NCBI GenBank assembly: GCA_021735655.1
Contig: JAIPGM010000001.1
Location: forward strand, 161,728-225,727
Source of the DNA: Candidatus Omnitrophota bacterium
GTDB taxonomy: Bacteria > Omnitrophota > Gorgyraeia > Duberdicusellales > 4484-171
Direction of reading: 5' to 3'
Length of the DNA stretch: 64,000 bases
In this document: piece by piece, positions 59,338-64,000 of the stretch
Layout: every line of letters starts with the position of its first letter
Position numbering within the stretch: the stretch's first letter is position 1
Program-made: the position numbers and the translations under genes
Notes under the pieces: generated by a model
Told to the model about the DNA's origin: nothing
The model's input: the letters and a program-made list of their open reading frames with translations, nothing else
Database searches by the model: none

Positions 59338-60477
59338 ATGAGTTGGAAAAAGCTAAATCATAAGACGGTTCCCGGCAACAAAGACTTAAACCTGACAACA
59401 TGGAAATTTAGTCCGGTTTCGGGAGACAAACATGGGGTTATTTCTTTGGAGCGAATCAGAGATAAAGCAAGCACAAAGGCAAAATCTACTCTTCTTTATT
59501 TACCGGGAACCTGGGGAAATTCTACTTTAATTGATTATCGGGAGAACTACGAGTTTCGTATTTATCTTGCTCGGAACCAGGTAGACATTTTTAGCTTAGA
59601 TTATCGGACCCACAGTGCTGATATCCAAGACCAAGATAATTTATCGTTTATGGCCGATTGGACTTATGGGGTATTTTTGGAAGATATTAAAAAAAGCGTC
59701 GATTTTATCAAGAAAATTACCAAAACAGATAAAATATTTATTGCTGGGATGAGCAGAGGTGGGACTCTGGCTTATTATTATGCTTGTCGTAATTGGTTTA
59801 GCGATCTTGCCGGTTTGATTATCCTCGACGGCTCTCTTTGGTGGGATTATTTTTCCTTTGATCACAAAATTACCTTAAAAGAGGCCTTAGATTCTTTTCG
59901 TATTCAGGCAGCTTTTCAAGAAGAGACAGCTTCCCGAGAACAATTAATGAATGTTGGACGGTACTCTATTAATCTTAATTTTACTAAGCAGCTAATACAG
60001 CAAGCGATTGATAACCCCAATGCTCCTAGTCCAGTTGAGGGGCCTAAGAATTTAGCGGAATATATGGCCGAAAGGATACATAACAGTCGAGGGCCTTGCT
60101 GGGGGTCTAAAGGTATAGCTAATCTATTTGAAGGGTATAATAATATTGAAATTTTGCTAGCTTGGCTGCTGTCTAAGGATCCTTACTGGCCTATTGTTCA
60201 GATTGCTGAATCAATATCTTTGCACAGCCAAGGTATAGGGTCTTCTGAGATAACTTATGCAAATCAAATAAATGAGGTAGATGTGCCAGTAATTGCTTTT
60301 TTCTCTCAATGGTACTATTCTTTAGATGAAAAACTAAAGGCAACAAAATATATAGGCAGTCGCGATGTTACAACGCAGATATTAAATAACTGGGGGCATG
60401 CTGATATTCTTTTTGGTGAATATGCACATAAAAAAGTCTTTAAGCCAATGTGTAGATGGTTAAAAGAAAAGGTATAG
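59338..60477 (+). CDS. Alpha/beta-fold hydrolase.
   Basis: The GxSxG nucleophile elbow IAGMSRGG is present. The length is 379 aa. Confidence 0.55.
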   Translation: MSWKKLNHKTVPGNKDLNLTTWKFSPVSGDKHGVISLERIRDKASTKAKSTLLYLPGTWGNSTLIDYRENYEFRIYLARNQVDIFSLDYRTHSADIQDQDNLSFMADWTYGVFLEDIKKSVDFIKKITKTDKIFIAGMSRGGTLAYYYACRNWFSDLAGLIILDGSLWWDYFSFDHKITLKEALDSFRIQAAFQEETASREQLMNVGRYSINLNFTKQLIQQAIDNPNAPSPVEGPKNLAEYMAERIHNSRGPCWGSKGIANLFEGYNNIEILLAWLLSKDPYWPIVQIAESISLHSQGIGSSEITYANQINEVDVPVIAFFSQWYYSLDEKLKATKYIGSRDVTTQILNNWGHADILFGEYAHKKVFKPMCRWLKEKV

Positions 60478-60544
60478 ATGTTAAACTGTATTCATGATAA
60501 AATAGTTTTCATTTTACTGGAAAGGAAGGGATTAAGGGCAAACA

Positions 60545-61783
60545 ATGAATATATGTATATTAGGTAAATATCCTCCGATACAAGGAGGGGTTTCAACTTG
60601 CAATTATTGGTTGAGCAAGGCTTTAGGGCAACGTGGACATAAGGTTTTTGTTGTAACCAATGCTGAAGAAGCTGGTTTTGAATATAGAGAGCAGATTTAT
60701 CCTTCTGATGCCCGTCAGCTTGAGCCAAAAAATGTAAGAGTATTCAGTACGCAGCCTTTGAGTAGGCGTTTTATCCCTCAGTATCAGCCGTTTATTGCTA
60801 AGCTTGCCAGCATGGCAATAGAAATTGTGAAAAAGAATAAAATAGATGTGCTTTACTCAAATTATCTGCTTCCTTATGGGGTTGCTGGTCTTTTGGTTAA
60901 GCAAGCTACGGGTGTGCCTTGGTTTTTAGATCATGCTGGCAGTGACATTACTAATTTATTTGATGAGCCAGAGCTTAGGCCTATTTTTCTTGAGCTGTTT
61001 AAAAATGCAGATTTGGTAGTTAATTCGCCCCAGGTCAAAAGCCGGTTGGTAGATTCAGGGGTTATCCCTGAAGATAAACTATCACCTTCTATTGGAAAGA
61101 TGTCTTACACTAGGGCTCTAGACGATAGTTTTCACCCTCAAGCAAAACCTTTTGATTTAAGTGATTATTTTGATCGGTTTAACAGACGCTTACCAGTTTT
61201 TACTTTTCTAGGAAAGATTTCTCCCCTCAAAAAAACTTTTGCCTTTGTTGAAGCTGCAGCTAAATTGCCTAAAGGTAAGTTTTATCTTTTGTTTGTTACC
61301 GAAAAAGGGCGGATGCGGATTCATTTGAGGAATTTAATAAGAGAAAAGGGTTTGTTGCCTTACACTTGCCTGTTGGATTTTAAGCCGCCTTGGCTGGTAC
61401 CTTCTATCATTACCGCTTCTACGGCAGTGGTTGCCCCAGAAAGCGAAGAGACTCCTTATTTGCCTGAAGGCACTCACGGATCCAAAATAGGTTTAGAGGC
61501 AATGCTTTGTGGGCGTTGTGCGGTAATCGGAAAAGGAATGAGTAAGAAAGCTTTTTATTATGGTTGTAAAGATAAAGAACACTTTTTGGTGGTTGATCCT
61601 CATAATATTAATACTTTTGCTAAAAAACTTAAGCTTATTGTAGATGATCCTGGTTTAGCTTATAAAATTGGAAAAAAAGCCAGGGCTGTTTGGACTGCCA
61701 GACGGAATTTTTTTGAGGCTTCCCTAGACTTGTTTGTTAAAAATTTCAAAATAGCTATCCTAAAGAATTCATGCCTAAGGTAA
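60545..61783 (+). CDS. Glycosyltransferase (GT4-like).
   Basis: The N-terminal ICILGKYPPIQGGVSTCNYWLSKALGQRGHKVFVV is typical of GT4. The upstream RBS is GGAAAGGAAGGG. Confidence 0.6.
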   Translation: MNICILGKYPPIQGGVSTCNYWLSKALGQRGHKVFVVTNAEEAGFEYREQIYPSDARQLEPKNVRVFSTQPLSRRFIPQYQPFIAKLASMAIEIVKKNKIDVLYSNYLLPYGVAGLLVKQATGVPWFLDHAGSDITNLFDEPELRPIFLELFKNADLVVNSPQVKSRLVDSGVIPEDKLSPSIGKMSYTRALDDSFHPQAKPFDLSDYFDRFNRRLPVFTFLGKISPLKKTFAFVEAAAKLPKGKFYLLFVTEKGRMRIHLRNLIREKGLLPYTCLLDFKPPWLVPSIITASTAVVAPESEETPYLPEGTHGSKIGLEAMLCGRCAVIGKGMSKKAFYYGCKDKEHFLVVDPHNINTFAKKLKLIVDDPGLAYKIGKKARAVWTARRNFFEASLDLFVKNFKIAILKNSCLR

Positions 61784-63264
61784 TACTTATAAGTATTGAT
61801 GGGGCTTGTTGGCCGGCAATGAATCACTTGTTTAAGAAAGGTGATTTACCGGTTTTAAGCCGCTTAGTAGACCAAGGGGTCAGCGGGACTCTTAATAATA
61901 TTAATATGCTTGAGGCTGATCTTTGGGAGATTTTTGATATATACCGAGAGTATATCAAGAAGATCCCTCGTTTAGGGAGCCATTCGGATTTATCGGATTG
62001 GTTGACTTCAATGACTGGTTTTTTACCTAAGGTTCATGGAGTTATTTCCTCAACCGAAAAAGATTCACGTGGCAGAGAAATACCAGCTTCTCGAAGGACC
62101 AGGAAACGTCCGGTAGCATGGGAGATCTTGGCAAATAAAGGCAAAACAATAGGGGTAATTGGCTGTATGGGTGATTGGCCCCCGATAGCTTTGCCTCATT
62201 ATAATGTATCTAGATTTTACAATGTTGATGATATTTATTTTCGCAAAGCTAATAAGGATGCTGACAGTGGCTGGAAGCTAAACTTAGATAATCTGCATTC
62301 CCGGTTAACTTACCCGGCTAACTTAGCAAAAGAGCTGCTTAAGTTTAAGCCGGATAGTCAAATAGAGTCATTCATTCAGAGAGGTAAGCCTTATATTAGA
62401 GGGGCTTTGTCTTATAAATTACGCTACGATAGTTTGTATTGCCAATGGGCTAAATATCTTCTTAAACGTTTTCCTCAGCCTGATTTTTTTGCCCTTTCTT
62501 TGCATGAAATACATTCCTTGTCACATCTTTTCTGGGATTGCCTGCCTCTGGCCAAGAAAAGATTTAAGGGCGCGGTTCATCGGCGTCGACAAAAAAAGTA
62601 TGGCGGGATAATTGAGGATTATTATCGTTACATTGATAAAAATATTGGCGAAGTATTGAAACTGAGCGATAGTGATTCTACGGTTATGATTCTTTCTCAC
62701 TACGGCATGGTCGATTCACGAATATTTAAGAAGTACATATTTATGGATAAAATTTATCATAAATTAAATTTTTTCTTTTATGATGACGGTATTGATTGGG
62801 ATCGAACCAGCGTGTATGATAATGTTAATCCTTGGGGTATATACGCTGTACGAAAGGGTTTTATCCGCGGACGCAACCCCCAAAAAATATTTTTATCTTT
62901 AAGCAGGAAAATGAAAAAGATAATCACCAATAAAGGTGAGCCTTTGTTTTTGGATATATCATTTGAAAAACAAGATAATTCATTTAAAGTAGTGCCGAAT
63001 TACAAGGCCATAAACTATTCGACAAAGATATTAATCAAGGGCGAGGAGATACCAGTAAAGGAGTTAGTAGATTTTAAACCGCATTATTCTATACATAATC
63101 CTGAAGGGGTTTTCATTGTCTCAAGTCGCAAGAGACAATCTTTAAAGGTTATCAAGGATAAAGTTGATTTTTTGGACATTTTGCCTACGATTTTTTCCTT
63201 TTATGGGATAAAAAAAGATCCTAAAATGTCCGGTGAGGTATTTGTAGACAGAAAAAGGAGGTAA
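61771..63264 (+). CDS. Alkaline-phosphatase-superfamily enzyme (type I phosphodiesterase / nucleotide pyrophosphatase or sulfatase-like).
   Basis: The N-terminal KVILISIDGACWP is the metal-binding core motif, and MILSHYGM corresponds to the SDHG block. Confidence 0.5.
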   Translation: MPKVILISIDGACWPAMNHLFKKGDLPVLSRLVDQGVSGTLNNINMLEADLWEIFDIYREYIKKIPRLGSHSDLSDWLTSMTGFLPKVHGVISSTEKDSRGREIPASRRTRKRPVAWEILANKGKTIGVIGCMGDWPPIALPHYNVSRFYNVDDIYFRKANKDADSGWKLNLDNLHSRLTYPANLAKELLKFKPDSQIESFIQRGKPYIRGALSYKLRYDSLYCQWAKYLLKRFPQPDFFALSLHEIHSLSHLFWDCLPLAKKRFKGAVHRRRQKKYGGIIEDYYRYIDKNIGEVLKLSDSDSTVMILSHYGMVDSRIFKKYIFMDKIYHKLNFFFYDDGIDWDRTSVYDNVNPWGIYAVRKGFIRGRNPQKIFLSLSRKMKKIITNKGEPLFLDISFEKQDNSFKVVPNYKAINYSTKILIKGEEIPVKELVDFKPHYSIHNPEGVFIVSSRKRQSLKVIKDKVDFLDILPTIFSFYGIKKDPKMSGEVFVDRKRR

Positions 63265-63267
63265 GTT

Positions 63268-63561
63268 ATGAAAGCCGACCAGTTAAAGGGCAAGTGCATG
63301 ACTATTAACGAAGAAATTATTTCTTGGCGAGAGATCGACAAAGAGGTAGTATTTCTTAATAAACAGGAAAAAAGTTTTTACGAATTAAACAAAACAGCTG
63401 AGATCATTTGGCGCCAGTTAGCCAAAGGCGGTAAACTGACTCAGGTAATTTCTCAGGTTCAAAAGAAATATAAGAAAGTAGGTAAGCAAGACATAGAAAG
63501 AGATGTAATTGCTTTTATTGCAGATGGAATTAAGAAAAAAATATTTATTGTTAATAAATAA
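63268..63561 (+). CDS. PqqD-family protein (RiPP recognition element-like peptide chaperone).
   Basis: The protein is 97 aa. ISWREIDKEVVFLNKQEKSFYELNKTAEIIWRQL...DIERDVIAFIADGIKKKI fits the PqqD fold consensus (W...e.vll....y.LN..a..iW..ldG). It lies immediately upstream of, and overlaps, an rSAM gene. Confidence 0.55.
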   Translation: MKADQLKGKCMTINEEIISWREIDKEVVFLNKQEKSFYELNKTAEIIWRQLAKGGKLTQVISQVQKKYKKVGKQDIERDVIAFIADGIKKKIFIVNK

Positions 63562-64000
63562 TGGCTAAGAAAAAACATTTTCTTCAAAATCCATTTTTTA
63601 TTATCCAATGGCATATAACTGAACGCTGTAATTGGCAGTGTAAGCATTGCTATCAGGACAAGGCGCCGGTGCCTGAACTGCCTTTTGGCAAGCTAGAAGG
63701 GGTTCTTGGCCAATGTATGGAACTGTTTAAGACTCTAAACGTTCCCGCTAAGCAAGCTTACATGCATATAGGGGGAGGAGAGCCTTTCTTGCGGAAGGAT
63801 TTTTTTAAATTCTTAAAGTTGCTGAGCGTGCATAATGATTATTTAAGAATTCAGATAATGACTAACGGCTCATTACTTACGCAGTCGGTAGTTAAAGAAT
63901 TAAAAAGAATGAAGGTGAACGCAGTGCAGGTTAGCTTAGAAGGATTTGAGCAAACTAATGATCAAATAAGAGGTCCGGGAAGTTTTAATAAGGCTTTGCG
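63561..64000 (+). CDS. Radical SAM (SPASM-type, PqqE/anSME-like) protein, 3'-truncated by the window end.
   Basis: The ATG overlaps the PqqD-like stop (TAATG). ITERCNWQCKHCYQ is the CxxxCxxC motif and HIGGGEPFL is the SAM motif. I read the frame codon by codon to position 64000 and found no stop. Confidence 0.75.
   Translation, partial: MAKKKHFLQNPFFIIQWHITERCNWQCKHCYQDKAPVPELPFGKLEGVLGQCMELFKTLNVPAKQAYMHIGGGEPFLRKDFFKFLKLLSVHNDYLRIQIMTNGSLLTQSVVKELKRMKVNAVQVSLEGFEQTNDQIRGPGSFNKAL

Noticed and set aside
56-64000. tRNA, rRNA or mobile-element genes.
   Set aside because: No cloverleaf-compatible sequences with anticodon context were seen. No long rRNA-like conserved stretches were seen. No transposase, integrase or recombinase-like translations occur in any listed ORF.

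Overview
Window overview: the sequence splits into two very different halves, and the first half is the main anomaly. I could not run any searches; all protein assignments rest on motifs I recognise in the supplied translations.

(1) Positions 2..29311 (+): one uninterrupted reading frame. The first ATG is at 56 and the frame has no stop back to the window edge, so the ORF is 5'-partial and encodes at least 9,751 aa. It is not a repetitive adhesin-type giant protein. It reads as about 28 enzyme-sized modules of unrelated function fused in frame: a GT4 fragment, a Fis-type HTH, a GH13-like hydrolase, a GNAT-like module, a GT2, a PglC-like phosphoglycosyltransferase, a polytopic membrane module, a P-loop NTPase, a Glu/Leu/Phe/Val-dehydrogenase-like module, a SAM methyltransferase, a duplicated histidine-decarboxylase-like PLP module, an RHS/YD-repeat module, a GDE-type (alpha/alpha)6 glycosidase, a GT4, and about 10 modules of unknown function. 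The modules are punctuated by 29 copies of the pentapeptide P-L-D-N-G, usually followed by R or K. The copies use many synonymous codons (Leu as TTA/TTG/CTA/CTT/CTC/CTG; GAT/GAC; AAT/AAC; GGN), so the constraint is on the peptide, not the nucleotides. The gaps between copies are 7 to 925 codons. This looks like an operon's worth of proteins translated as a single polyprotein with a conserved processing or punctuation site. I know of no described bacterial system like this. It could also be a chimeric or engineered concatenation, and that must be excluded.

(2) Positions 29352..64000: a conventional, tightly packed, lower-GC operon using TAA, TAG and TGA stops normally. It encodes an Opp/Dpp-type ABC importer (5 genes), a UDP-galactopyranose-mutase-like flavoenzyme, two ABC-2 (Wzm/Wzt-like) exporter pairs, several GT4 glycosyltransferases and a methyltransferase. 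It also carries an unusual density of radical SAM enzymes, about 10 rSAM domains in all: a triple rSAM-SPASM fusion, a tandem double B12-rSAM, two single B12-rSAMs, one SPASM rSAM, one HemN-like rSAM on the minus strand, and a PqqD-like protein plus a 3'-truncated SPASM rSAM at the window end. A novel ~120-aa domain occurs four times in the C-terminal extension of the Wzt-like ATPase and once each on two B12-rSAM enzymes.

I saw no rRNA, tRNA, CRISPR array or transposase.
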